In this document: piece after piece, positions 41,095-50,441 of the stretch
Position numbering within the stretch: position 1 is the stretch's first letter
Layout: each line of letters starts with the position of its first letter
Notes under the pieces: generated by a model
Database searches by the model: none
Told to the model about the DNA's origin: nothing
The model's input: only the letters and a program-made list of their open reading frames with translations
Position numbers and translations under genes: made by a program
Source: an uncultured Gemmatimonadales bacterium
GTDB lineage: Bacteria > Gemmatimonadota > Gemmatimonadetes > Longimicrobiales > RSA9
Direction: 5' to 3'
DNA length: 64,000 nucleotides
Assembly: GCA_963798845.1 (NCBI GenBank)
Contig: CAWCUS010000005.1
Span: 1-64,000, forward strand

Positions 41095-41693
41095 CCTGGC
41101 TGCTGCTCGTTGCGTCCTACCTGCTCGGGGCGACGCCCACCAGCTATGTGGTGGGGCGCCTGGGCTATGGTGTGGATCTACGTGAAGTTGGAAGCGGTAA
41201 CCTGGGAGCTACCAACACTTTCCGCGTCCTTGGATGGAAGGCTGCGCTCCCCGTGATGGTCATGGACGTGGGCAAGGGCTGGGTGCCCACTGCGCTGTTC
41301 CACCGCTGGGACGCGGCGGCGCCGGAATGGGCGCTAGCGTACGGGGCGGCGGCGATCGTGGGGCACGTGTACTCGCTGTACGTCGGGTTCAGGGGCGGCA
41401 AGGGTGTGGCGACGAGCGCCGGGGTGTTCCTGGCGCTGGCGCCCTGGGCGGTGCTGATCGGGTTCGTGGTCTGGGTGATCACGGTGGCGCTGACGCGCAT
41501 CGTCTCGCTGGGCTCGCTCCTGGCGGCCGTGGTGCTGCCGATCGCCGTGTACGTCACGAACGAGCCCATGGTGGTGCGGTGGCTGTCTGTGGCGCTGTCG
41601 GCATTCGTGATCTACGCTCACCGGGCCAACATCCGGCGACTGCTGAGCGGGCAGGAGAACCGGTTCGGACGGAGCACAGAGGAAGCGTCATGA
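41091..41693 (+). CDS. plsY: Glycerol-3-phosphate acyltransferase PlsY
   Basis: GSGNLGATN, FRGGKGVAT, HRANIRRL. Confidence 0.95.
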   Translation: MTWLLLVASYLLGATPTSYVVGRLGYGVDLREVGSGNLGATNTFRVLGWKAALPVMVMDVGKGWVPTALFHRWDAAAPEWALAYGAAAIVGHVYSLYVGFRGGKGVATSAGVFLALAPWAVLIGFVVWVITVALTRIVSLGSLLAAVVLPIAVYVTNEPMVVRWLSVALSAFVIYAHRANIRRLLSGQENRFGRSTEEAS

Positions 41694-42700
41694 AGGAGCC
41701 CATCGCGGTGGTGGGGGCGGGGAGCTGGGGAACGACGCTGGCGAACCTGCTGGCGAAGAAGGGCAACGAGGTCCGGCTCTGGGCGTTCGAGGAAGAGGTC
41801 ACGCGTTCGGTCAACGGGGAGAGGCGCAACAGCGTGTACCTCCCGGACGTGGAGCTGGACGGTCAGCTGAGGGCGACGTCGGACATCGGGGACGCGGTGG
41901 GCGGAGCCGGGGTGGTGGTGAGCGTGAGCCCGTCGCAGCACGTCCGAAAGGTCATGGGTGCCGCCGCGTCGTCCCTGTCCCCCGACGCGCTTCTCGTGAG
42001 CGCGTCGAAGGGGATCGAGACGCGAACCCTGGAGACCATGGCGGAGGTGCTGGAGGACATCCTGCCGGAGTCGACGCATCGTCGCGCCTGCTTCCTCTCG
42101 GGGCCCAGCTTCGCCACGGAGGTTTCGCGGGAGCATCCCACGGCGGTGACGGTGGCGAGCCGGGACACGGACGCGGCGAGGGAGGCGCAGGAGCTCTTCC
42201 AGACGGACTATTTCCGCGTCTACACGAGCCACGACGTCACGGGCGTGGAGCTGGGCGGGGCGCTGAAGAACGTGATGGCGCTGGCCGCGGGGATGATCGT
42301 GGGGCTTGGCTTCGGCCACAACACGCGCGCGGCGCTGATCACGCGCGGGCTCGCGGAGATGAGCCGCCTGGGGATCGCGCTGGGCGCCAACCCGCTCACG
42401 TTCGCCGGCCTGGCGGGGATGGGCGACCTGATCCTCACCTGTACGGGAGAGCTGAGCCGGAACCGGACGGTGGGTGTAGCGCTGGGGGAGGGGCGGAAGC
42501 TGGGCGAGGTGCTGGGGGCGATGCGGATGGTGGCGGAGGGCGTGGAGACGACGAGGGCGGCGTACGCGCTGTCGCGGCGGGAAGGGATCGAGATGCCGAT
42601 CGTCGCCGAAGTCCACGCGGTGTTGTTCGAGGAGCGGCCGCCCGCGGAAGCGGTGCGGAACCTGATGCACCGGGAGCCCAAGCCGGAGCTGTGGCGGTGA
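41690..42700 (+). CDS. gpsA: NAD(P)H-dependent glycerol-3-phosphate dehydrogenase
   Basis: GAGSWGT, SGPSFA, GGALKNV, GDLILTC...SRNR. Confidence 0.95.
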   Translation: MKEPIAVVGAGSWGTTLANLLAKKGNEVRLWAFEEEVTRSVNGERRNSVYLPDVELDGQLRATSDIGDAVGGAGVVVSVSPSQHVRKVMGAAASSLSPDALLVSASKGIETRTLETMAEVLEDILPESTHRRACFLSGPSFATEVSREHPTAVTVASRDTDAAREAQELFQTDYFRVYTSHDVTGVELGGALKNVMALAAGMIVGLGFGHNTRAALITRGLAEMSRLGIALGANPLTFAGLAGMGDLILTCTGELSRNRTVGVALGEGRKLGEVLGAMRMVAEGVETTRAAYALSRREGIEMPIVAEVHAVLFEERPPAEAVRNLMHREPKPELWR

Positions 42701-43062
42701 GCGATCGACCGATCATCCGGAAGGAATACTACGCCATCGGCGAGGTGTGCGAGCTGGTGGGGCTGAAGCCGCACGTGCTGCGCTACTGGGAGAGCCAGTT
42801 CGCGCCGCTGAAGCCGTCCAAGAACCGGGCGGGCAACCGGGTATACCAGCGCAAGGAGATCCGGCTGATTCTGCTCGTGAAGCAGCTGCTGTACGAGGAG
42901 AAGTACACGATCGACGGAGCCCGGCAGCGCCTGGAGGAACTGCGCAGGGAGGACGGGCTGGAAGAGGCCACGCGGCGCACGCTCGACGCCACCGCCGTGG
43001 AAGAGATCCGGGCGGAGCTCAGGGCGGTCCTGGACCTCCTCAGGATCAACGCCGGGGAATGA
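42697..43062 (+). CDS. MerR-family transcriptional regulator
   Basis: YYAIGEVCELVGLKPHVLRYWE...RVY. Confidence 0.88.
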   Translation: MSDRPIIRKEYYAIGEVCELVGLKPHVLRYWESQFAPLKPSKNRAGNRVYQRKEIRLILLVKQLLYEEKYTIDGARQRLEELRREDGLEEATRRTLDATAVEEIRAELRAVLDLLRINAGE

Positions 43063-43808
43063 AGCAGATCCTGATCACCAACGACGACGGCTATCTGGCT
43101 GCCGGGCTGAGCGCCCTCGTCCGCGCGGCTCAGCCGCACGGGAAGGTCCACGTGGTGGCACCGGACCGCGAGCAGAGCGCGACCAGCCACTCCCTCACGA
43201 TGCATCACCCGCTTCGCGTCCGCACCGTGCGCGACGCCCGGGTCGTGGACGGAACGCCCACGGACTGCGTGGTGCTGGCGCTCGGCGAGCTGCTGGAGAG
43301 ACGGCCGGACCTGGTGCTCTCTGGCATCAACCAGGGCGCGAACCTGGGGGACGACGTCCTTTACTCGGGGACGGTCGCCGCGGCCATGGAAGCTACGCTG
43401 CTCGGGATCCCCGCGGTGGCCATCTCGTACGCCGCCCGGGACCCGGAGGGGATCGAAGGATGGGTACCGGCCGTGTCGTCCATCCTGGGGCAGGTCCTCG
43501 CCCGCGACGGGTTCCCCGGAGAGACGCTCCTCAACATCAACCTGCCACCCCGCGATCCAGGCACGGCGAAAGGAGCGCGGGTCACCCGGCTGGGGCGCCG
43601 CGCGTACGAGGGCTCGCTCACGCGCGCCCGCGACCCGAACGGTCGGGAGTACTTCTGGATCGGCGGTGGCGAGACCCGCTGGTGGGGTGAGCCCGACTCG
43701 GACTTCCGGGCGCTGGAGGAGGGGTACGTCTCCGTGACGCCCCTTCACCTCGACCTGACGAACTTCGACCTCCTCGAGGACATCCGACGGTGGGAGCTGA
43801 GCCTGTGA
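43059..43808 (+). CDS. surE: 5'/3'-nucleotidase SurE
   Basis: ILITNDDG, GTPTDCV, SGINQGANLGDDVLYSGTVAAA. Confidence 0.95.
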   Translation: MKQILITNDDGYLAAGLSALVRAAQPHGKVHVVAPDREQSATSHSLTMHHPLRVRTVRDARVVDGTPTDCVVLALGELLERRPDLVLSGINQGANLGDDVLYSGTVAAAMEATLLGIPAVAISYAARDPEGIEGWVPAVSSILGQVLARDGFPGETLLNINLPPRDPGTAKGARVTRLGRRAYEGSLTRARDPNGREYFWIGGGETRWWGEPDSDFRALEEGYVSVTPLHLDLTNFDLLEDIRRWELSL

Positions 43809-44449
43809 ACGATGCGTACGTTCGGAAGCGGCGCCAGCTCGTCGACCGGATCCGCGAGCAGGGAATCCGGGACCCCCGGGTGCTCGCGGCCGTGGAGACG
43901 GTTCCTCGTCACCGCTTCGTCCCTCCCGCCGTCCTCAGGCGGGCGTACAATGATACGGCGCTGCCCATCGGCTTCGGCCAGACGATCTCGCAGCCGTCGC
44001 TCCAGGCGCTCTACCTGGAAGTGCTGGAGGTCGGCCCTGAGGACCGCGTCCTGGAGGTCGGGGCGGGGAGCGGCTATCAGACCGCACTTCTGGCGGGGTT
44101 GAGCGCCAACGTGTACGCCGTGGAGCGGATTCCCGAGCTGACGCAGCGAGCGCGGGATATCCTCGATGAGCTGGGATACCGCAACATCGCGCTGGTGACG
44201 AAGGACGGCACGCTCGGGTGGTCGAAGTACGCGCCCTACGACGCCATTCTGGTGGCAGCAGCGGCGCCCTCGGTGCCACATGCGCTGGTGGAGCAGCTCG
44301 CGCCGGGCGGGCGGCTGCTCATCCCGATCGGCGACCGGCAGCAGCAGCGCCTCACGCTCGTCGAGAATACGGATGAGGGAACACGGGAGAAGACCGTCAC
44401 CGGGTGTGTGTTCGTGCCGCTGATCGGCCGCTTCGGGTGGCCCGAATGA
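43805..44449 (+). CDS. pcm: Protein-L-isoaspartate O-methyltransferase
   Basis: GQTISQP, VLEVGAGSGYQ, APYDAILVAAA, FVPLIG. Confidence 0.95.
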   Translation: MNDAYVRKRRQLVDRIREQGIRDPRVLAAVETVPRHRFVPPAVLRRAYNDTALPIGFGQTISQPSLQALYLEVLEVGPEDRVLEVGAGSGYQTALLAGLSANVYAVERIPELTQRARDILDELGYRNIALVTKDGTLGWSKYAPYDAILVAAAAPSVPHALVEQLAPGGRLLIPIGDRQQQRLTLVENTDEGTREKTVTGCVFVPLIGRFGWPE

Positions 44450-45120
44450 GTCCGGTCGAGACCGGGAGCGAAGCGGCCGGGAAGGCGGCGGCCGGGGCCC
44501 GGACCGACGGAGCCCCGGCACGACGTGGTCGGCTTCGTCGCCTGTACGACTGGGTGCTCTCGTTCGCCGGCCGGCCGAGCGGCGAGCGCGCGCTCTTCGC
44601 CTTCGCGTTCGCCGAGTCCTCCTTTTTCCCGATCCCGCCGGACCCGCTGCTCGTCGCGCTCGCGCTGGGCGCACCCCGCCGGGCCCTCCGTTTCGCCCTG
44701 GTGTGCGCGCTCGCTTCGGTGACCGGTGGGCTGGCGGGATACGCCATCGGATGGGGTCTCTGGCAGACGGTGGACCAATACTTCTACGCCTACGTCCCGG
44801 GGGTTTCTCCGGAAGCGTTCGCCACGGTGCAGTCCCTCTACAACCGCTACGACTTCTGGAGCATCTTCGCCGCGGGGTTCACCCCCATCCCGTTCAAGGT
44901 CTTCACCCTCTCGGCCGGGGTGTTCCGGATCTCGCTCCCGGTGTTCCTGATCGCTTCCACCGTGAGCAGGAGCGCCCGTTTCTTCCTCGTGGCGGGGCTC
45001 ATCTACGTGAAAGGCCCGTCCATCCAGGGCTTCATCGATCGTCACTTCGACAGACTGGCGTGGCTGTTCCTGGCCCTGCTCATCGGCGGCTTTTTGGTGG
45101 TGAAGCTTCTCCTCGGCTGA
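44446..45120 (+). CDS. YqaA/DedA-family membrane protein
   Basis: FAESSFFPIPPDPLL and AGFTPIPFKVF motifs. Confidence 0.88.
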   Translation: MSPVETGSEAAGKAAAGARTDGAPARRGRLRRLYDWVLSFAGRPSGERALFAFAFAESSFFPIPPDPLLVALALGAPRRALRFALVCALASVTGGLAGYAIGWGLWQTVDQYFYAYVPGVSPEAFATVQSLYNRYDFWSIFAAGFTPIPFKVFTLSAGVFRISLPVFLIASTVSRSARFFLVAGLIYVKGPSIQGFIDRHFDRLAWLFLALLIGGFLVVKLLLG

Positions 45121-45197
45121 GGTAGCGTTCCCGGACCGGCCGCCCTATCTTGCCGCCGTTCCTGACTTTGCACCTTCCGATCGAACAGGAGCTTGGG

Positions 45198-45827
45198 ATG
45201 AGCGACGAAGGCCGGCGCGCCCCCGGGCCCGAACGCCCGCCCGCCCCGCCAGCCGCGAGCCGGCGAGCGGGGAACGACGCGGTGGAAGCCACGGGGCTGG
45301 TGCCACCGTTCCTGCCCGGACGCGCACACATCGTCGAGGATACGCCTCCTGCCTCGACCGGAGCGGGCGGAGCGGGAGCTGCGCGCGAGGAGGCCGTCCA
45401 GGAGGCCGCTGCGGCGGTGACGGTGGAGCCGGAGCCGGTCGTGGCGCCGGACGACGCCTTCCCGTTCGAGCTGGGTGACGCGCCGGAAGCCACTGCCGGG
45501 ACCGGACCCGGCCAGGCGCCTGCGACCCCGGCCTCCGGGGTGTCGGGAGGAACGGCGGAGGAGGGGGAGCCCGAGGACGAGTTCCCGTTCGACGCGTTCG
45601 GCCTCACCGGCGAGCTGCCGGCAGCATCTTCTGCGGAGGCGGGCACGGTGGAATCGAACGACGCCGTATCCGCAGCGGACTCTCTCGCCGAGCGGCTGGA
45701 GTCGCTGGCCGCCCGGCTGCGCGCCGAGGGGGCCTCGGCCGCGGAGATCGACATGGCTTCCTCGGACCGGTTCACATCGCTCCTCGGCGCCATCCTGGCG
45801 GGTTACCTGGCCGCGGCGCACGACTGA
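45198..45827 (+). CDS. Hypothetical acidic low-complexity protein
   Basis: AGGAG RBS; Ala/Pro/Glu-rich with a C-terminal helical segment. Confidence 0.6.
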   Translation: MSDEGRRAPGPERPPAPPAASRRAGNDAVEATGLVPPFLPGRAHIVEDTPPASTGAGGAGAAREEAVQEAAAAVTVEPEPVVAPDDAFPFELGDAPEATAGTGPGQAPATPASGVSGGTAEEGEPEDEFPFDAFGLTGELPAASSAEAGTVESNDAVSAADSLAERLESLAARLRAEGASAAEIDMASSDRFTSLLGAILAGYLAAAHD

Positions 45828-45885
45828 AGGGCGGCGGACGCACGGGTGGAAAATCGCCCGTTTTGCCCTACATTGAATGCTCTTC

Positions 45886-45959
45886 GCGCCCGTAGCTCAG
45901 GTGGATAGAGCACGAGTTTCCTAAACTCGGGGCCGCAGGTTCGAGTCCTGCCGGGCGCA
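45886..45959 (+). tRNA. tRNA-Arg (anticodon CCT), CCA end not encoded
   Basis: Acceptor stem GCGCCCG/CGGGCGC, D arm GCTC-AGGTGGATA-GAGC, anticodon arm CGAGT-TTCCTAA-ACTCG, T arm GCAGG-TTCGAGT-CCTGC. Confidence 0.96.
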
Positions 45960-46139
45960 TGGCGGCCGGCCTTCCCCGCGGACGGCCGGCCGTGCTGCAT
46001 CAGCGCGTCGCCGATGCGGCGGCTCGGCAATGCCCGGGGAGGTTGTGGGGGCGCCGTCGCGCCGCCATCATCCCTACATCCGCGGCCTCCGGACGCCTCA
46101 ACGCGCCCCGGCGAAGCTCCTTTTCCGAAAGGACAGATC

Positions 46140-46937
46140 GTGCGTCGTCTGTTACTCCTCACTCTCCTGGCGCTCGGCGCGGCCCCCCGTGGAGCGTCGG
46201 CCCAGATCCAGCTGCCGCAGCCGGTGGGCTACGTCAACGACTTCGCCGACGTGATCCCGGCCGATTACGAGCAGAAGATGACGGCCATCATCGACGAGGT
46301 GCGGGCGAAATGCGGGGGCGAGATCGTGGTGGTCACGCTCCCATCGCTCCAGGGCCGCACGGCGGACGAGGTCGCGCTGGAGATCGGTCGGCAGTGGAAG
46401 ATCGGCCCGAAGGGGGAGGCGGGAGACCGGTTCCGCAACACGGGGACCGTGGTCCTCGTCGCGCCTGCGGAGCGGCGGCTGAAGATCGAGCTCGGCACGA
46501 CCACGAACACGTTCATCACGGCCGCTGACGCCGGCCGGATTGCCGACGATTACATGGTCCCGGCCCTGCGGGAGGGCGACTACGGCGTCGGGATCTACGG
46601 CGCCGTGGGCGCGCTGGCGCTCCAGTACGCGGACCACTTCGGCTTCGAGCTCAATGGCGACTACGATCTGCCGCAGCCGAAGCACCGTGGCGGAAACGAC
46701 TCCTGGATCATATGGGTCGTCCTCGCGTTCATCCTCTTCAGCCTCTTCACCCGTCGCGGCCGGCGTCGCGGCCTCCCCATCTTCCTGCCGTTCCCGCTCG
46801 GCGGGATCGGCCACCGCGGCGGCTTCGGCGGGTTCGGCGGCGGAGGCTTCGGCGGATTCGGAGGGGGCGGCGGCGGCTTCGGCGGGTTCGGGGGTGGAGG
46901 CGGCTTCGGCGGCGGCGGTGCAGGAAGGGGTTGGTGA
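46140..46937 (+). CDS. TPM-domain membrane protein with a Gly-rich tail
   Basis: Signal peptide; YVNDFADVI, EIVVVTLPSL, RQWKIG; TM helix; GGFGG repeats ending GGGGAGRGW. Confidence 0.88.
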   Translation: MRRLLLLTLLALGAAPRGASAQIQLPQPVGYVNDFADVIPADYEQKMTAIIDEVRAKCGGEIVVVTLPSLQGRTADEVALEIGRQWKIGPKGEAGDRFRNTGTVVLVAPAERRLKIELGTTTNTFITAADAGRIADDYMVPALREGDYGVGIYGAVGALALQYADHFGFELNGDYDLPQPKHRGGNDSWIIWVVLAFILFSLFTRRGRRRGLPIFLPFPLGGIGHRGGFGGFGGGGFGGFGGGGGGFGGFGGGGGFGGGGAGRGW

Positions 46938-46938
46938 A

Positions 46939-47667
46939 ATGGCGGACATGAAGGTTGCTGCGCGCGAATACGTGGACGGGCTGTCCGAGCTGTTGGGGGC
47001 CCGACTGCGGAGCGTGGTGCTCCATGGCTCGGTCGCGCGGGACGAAGCCGTCGAGGGGGTCAGCGACGTGAACCTCCTGGTCCTGGTGGACACCGTCGAC
47101 CCGCCGCTCTTCGGCCTGCTCTCGCCCACGGCGAGGGAGTGGCTGGAGGCGCGTCGCTCTCTCCCCCTCGTGCTCACCTGGGACGAGTGGCTCTCGGCCA
47201 GCGACGCCTTCGCCATAGAGACCGCGGACATGCTGGACGCCCGGGAGGTGCTCCACGGCGGCGACCCGCTCGCGGACGCCGCCGTCGACCGCGCCGACCT
47301 GCGCCTGCAGGCGGAGCGGGAGCTCAGGGGCAAGCTGATCCATCTCCGGCAGGCTACCCTGGTCTCCGCCGCCGACCCGGGCGAGCTCGGGCGGCTCCTG
47401 CTCACCGCCCTCCCGTCCGTCGCGGCGTACCTGCGCGCCGCGCTGCGGCTGGCCGGGCGCGACGCCCCCGTGCGCAGCGCGGACGCGCTCCGGGATGGGG
47501 CAGCCCTGGTAGGTGCCGACTCCGCTCCTCTTCTCGAGCTGTGGGAGCGGCGGAAGGAGCGGTCCGTTCCGGAGACGCCGGTGCTGGATCCGCGGGTGGC
47601 CGCGGTGCACCGGGTGCTCGAGAGGACGGCCGACTACGTGGACACCCTGGATGGAGAGACCCGATGA
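46939..47667 (+). CDS. Nucleotidyltransferase-fold (Pol-beta/MNT-like) protein
   Basis: SVVLHGSVARDEAVEGVSDVNLLVLV (GS plus DxN) followed by a helical C-terminal half. Confidence 0.7.
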   Translation: MADMKVAAREYVDGLSELLGARLRSVVLHGSVARDEAVEGVSDVNLLVLVDTVDPPLFGLLSPTAREWLEARRSLPLVLTWDEWLSASDAFAIETADMLDAREVLHGGDPLADAAVDRADLRLQAERELRGKLIHLRQATLVSAADPGELGRLLLTALPSVAAYLRAALRLAGRDAPVRSADALRDGAALVGADSAPLLELWERRKERSVPETPVLDPRVAAVHRVLERTADYVDTLDGETR

Positions 47668-48266
47668 AGAGGCCCGTGGTGGGCGTGCTGGCGCTGGCCG
47701 TCGCCCTTTCTGGTTGTGGCTACAACAAGATCCAGACGCTCGACGAGAGCGTCACTGCCCGCCGTGCGGATATCGAGGCGGAGCTGATGCGGCGCAACGA
47801 CCTGATCCCGAACCTCGTCGCGACGGTGGATGAGGCGGCCAGCTTCGAAAAGGAGACATTCACCCGGGTGGCCGAAGCCCGCTCGGGCCTCACGCAGGCC
47901 CGGCAGCAGCTCGCCCAGGCGGTCCAGGGGAGCGTGCCACCCGACCAGCTCTCCCAGGCCAGCTCGGCGGTCGGCGAGAACCTGCGCCTCTTCCTGAACG
48001 TGGCCGTGGAGGCGTACCCGCAGCTCACCGCCAACCGCAGCTTCACCGCGCTCCAGGACGAGCTCACCGAGACCGAGAACCGGATCAGCGTGGCAAGGCG
48101 CGACTACAACGAGGCAGTCCAGAACTACAACACCTACATCCGGCAGTTCCCCCAGGCCATGACCGCCAAGGTGATCGGCGCGCAGCGACGGGAGCCGTTC
48201 GAGGCCCCGGAAGGTGCCGAGACCGCCCCGAAGGTGGAGTTCGGCGGCCAGTCGCAGGGCGGCTGA
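47664..48266 (+). CDS. lemA: LemA-family lipoprotein
   Basis: LSGC lipobox then GYN; RRNDLIPNLV, EAYPQL, ETENRISVARRDYN. Confidence 0.92.
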   Translation: MKRPVVGVLALAVALSGCGYNKIQTLDESVTARRADIEAELMRRNDLIPNLVATVDEAASFEKETFTRVAEARSGLTQARQQLAQAVQGSVPPDQLSQASSAVGENLRLFLNVAVEAYPQLTANRSFTALQDELTETENRISVARRDYNEAVQNYNTYIRQFPQAMTAKVIGAQRREPFEAPEGAETAPKVEFGGQSQGG

Positions 48267-48294
48267 GCCCGTTTCCGGCTCGCGCGTTCACCCC

Positions 48295-48320
48295 CCCGCC
48301 CGCGCCGGAGCGCGGGCGGG
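48295..48320. terminator. GC hairpin after lemA
   Basis: 11-bp stem CCCGCCCGCGC-cgga-GCGCGGGCGGG; no U-tract. Confidence 0.4.
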
Positions 48321-48378
48321 ACGCCGGGGCCCGCCTCGACCGGAACGGAACTCGCAGTCCGTGGTCCGCGGTGAACTC

Positions 48379-49500
48379 ATGAGACGCATCGTCCTTTCCG
48401 CCCTCGGCTCACTGCTCCTGGGCTCGCCTCTCGCCGCACAGGGCGAGCTGCTCGACGCCTGCGGCCACGCCGCGATCAGCTACTCGCCGACGCCCCCCGT
48501 TTCGTCGGACCAGCGGGAAGCCGTCGAAGGCCAGCTCCGGTTCCTCTGCGCCCAGGTCGTGGGCGCGATGACCCAGGTGCAGCCCGCCATCGGCATGGCC
48601 TTCTCCGGCGGCGCCCACACCCTCGGCACCGCCACCACCATCGGCCGTCGCTTCGGCGTCCCCCGCATCAGCGTCGCCGCGCGCGCCACCGCCGCCTTCG
48701 CCGACATCCCGGACCTCTTCGACGGGTACACCCCCAACTTCCACGACGGCCGGCTGCCCGCCATGGGCACCACCACTCTCCCCCTCGGCGCGGTGCAGGG
48801 GGATGTCTCGATCGGCGTCTTCAACGGCTTCGCCATGGGCCCCGCCCTCGCCGGCCTCGGAGCCGTCGACCTCCTCGCCAGCCTTTCCTACCTCCCGGCC
48901 CTCGACCGGACCGGCCTCCAGCGCGATATCTTCAACTGGGGCGCTGGCGCCCGCATCGGCATCCTTCAGCAGGGGCTCACCATGCCCGGCGTTTCCGTCT
49001 CGGGCATGTTCCGAAAGATGGGCACGGTCTCGTTCGGCGAGATCGATCCCGCCCACGCAACCGCCGGAGACCCCGCGGAGTTCGGCACCGACCTCCGGAC
49101 CCTCAGCTTCCGCGCCGCCGTCAGCAAGCGCATCCTCGCCCTCGACCTCGCCGCCGGCGCCGGCTACGACCTCTACAGCAGCAACGTCCACTTCGACGTC
49201 ATTCTGCAGTGCCCCGCGGAGGAGTGCGCCATCCCCGGGGGCGTCGCCCTACGACCCCAGTACGACGGCTCCCCCGGTATCGACGGCCCGCTCCGCACCG
49301 CTGCCTGGAACGTCTACGCCGACCTCGGCCTCAGCCTCACGATGCTGAACGTGGTCGGCGAGCTCGGGTATCAGAAAGCCGCCGACGTCGTGACCCCCGA
49401 CGACCTCGGCAACGCCGGGCTCCCGCGCCAGGATCTAACCATCGAGGCGCTGCAGACCGGCCGCTTCTTCGCCAGCCTTGGGCTCCGCCTGATGCTGTGA
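48379..49500 (+). CDS. Hypothetical exported protein, probable outer-membrane beta-barrel
   Basis: Signal peptide MRRIVLSALGSLLLGSPLAAQ; alternating beta-strand patterns; C-terminal FFASLGLRLML. Confidence 0.65.
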   Translation: MRRIVLSALGSLLLGSPLAAQGELLDACGHAAISYSPTPPVSSDQREAVEGQLRFLCAQVVGAMTQVQPAIGMAFSGGAHTLGTATTIGRRFGVPRISVAARATAAFADIPDLFDGYTPNFHDGRLPAMGTTTLPLGAVQGDVSIGVFNGFAMGPALAGLGAVDLLASLSYLPALDRTGLQRDIFNWGAGARIGILQQGLTMPGVSVSGMFRKMGTVSFGEIDPAHATAGDPAEFGTDLRTLSFRAAVSKRILALDLAAGAGYDLYSSNVHFDVILQCPAEECAIPGGVALRPQYDGSPGIDGPLRTAAWNVYADLGLSLTMLNVVGELGYQKAADVVTPDDLGNAGLPRQDLTIEALQTGRFFASLGLRLML

Positions 49501-49748
49501 AGTGTGCGCGATTCCGCGCGCCGCGGTCTGTCCGGGGGTGGACGCCGACGGGGGTCAGGTGGTTCTTTACACGGAATGTTCGAAGGCGTGTGGGGTAATG
49601 CCCTACACCCGTCCGCGGGGCGGTCCGCACCTCGTGGAGAGGGCGTTTCCCCCGTGTGGAAGCGGGGTTTTCCGGGATTGAAGGGCCCATCATGGCCCGC
49701 TATGTTCTGGCCCAACGGAGACATGCGGGCCGTCGAGGAGGAGCCGCC

Positions 49749-50441
49749 TTGGACAGGGATGGAGTGATCGTCGAGGGCATCGCGAAGCGCTTCGGGCGTC
49801 GGTGGGCGCTGAGGGGCGCGGGTTTCGCGGTGGCACCTGGAGAGTCGGTGGCGCTGATGGGCCACAACGGGAGCGGGAAGACCACGATCCTCCGGATCGT
49901 GGCGACGACGCTGCGGCCGACGCGAGGTCGGGGTTGGGTCTTCGGGAACGAGCTGGTGCGGGAAGCGGACCAGATCCGGGAGGACGTGGGCGCGCTGTTT
50001 CACGCGCCGGGGGTTTACGGGGACCTGACGGCGCGCGAGAACCTCGAGTTCGCGCGGCGAATGTGGGGTGGGACGACGAGTGTGTCGGTGGACGCTGCGC
50101 TGGAGCGGGTGGGGCTGACGGGGGCGCGAGAGGAGCGGGCGCAGGGATTCTCTTCCGGGATGACGCGTCGGCTGGCGTTGGCGCGGTTGGTGATGCGGCC
50201 GCCGCGGCTGCTTCTGCTGGACGAGCCGTACGCGAGCTTCGACGCGGACGGGATCGATCTGGTGAACGAGCTCGTGCGGGAGACGGTGGGCCGGGGTGGG
50301 ATCGCGATGATCGCGACGCACGATCCAGAGCGGTCGGCGGCGGTGGTGGACCGTGTGGTCGAGCTGGCGGCGGGGAAGATCGTGGAATCGAGCGGGTTTC
50401 CGGTGAAGCAATCCCGGCTGCGGGCGGAGGTGGTCCGGTGA
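49749..50441 (+). CDS. ccmA: Heme exporter ATP-binding protein CcmA (start uncertain; TTG after GAGGAGGAG)
   Basis: GHNGSGKT, FSSGMTRR, LLDEP; first gene of the ccm cluster. Confidence 0.85.
   Translation: MDRDGVIVEGIAKRFGRRWALRGAGFAVAPGESVALMGHNGSGKTTILRIVATTLRPTRGRGWVFGNELVREADQIREDVGALFHAPGVYGDLTARENLEFARRMWGGTTSVSVDAALERVGLTGAREERAQGFSSGMTRRLALARLVMRPPRLLLLDEPYASFDADGIDLVNELVRETVGRGGIAMIATHDPERSAAVVDRVVELAAGKIVESSGFPVKQSRLRAEVVR

Noticed and set aside
46815..46925. GGCTTCGGCGG tandem repeats
   Set aside because: They encode the ordinary Gly/Phe-rich tail of TPM proteins; not a CRISPR array or mobile repeat
45886..49500. Genomic island integrated at tRNA-Arg
   Set aside because: No integrase, no duplicated tRNA 3' end noticed, and GC content is similar to the flanks
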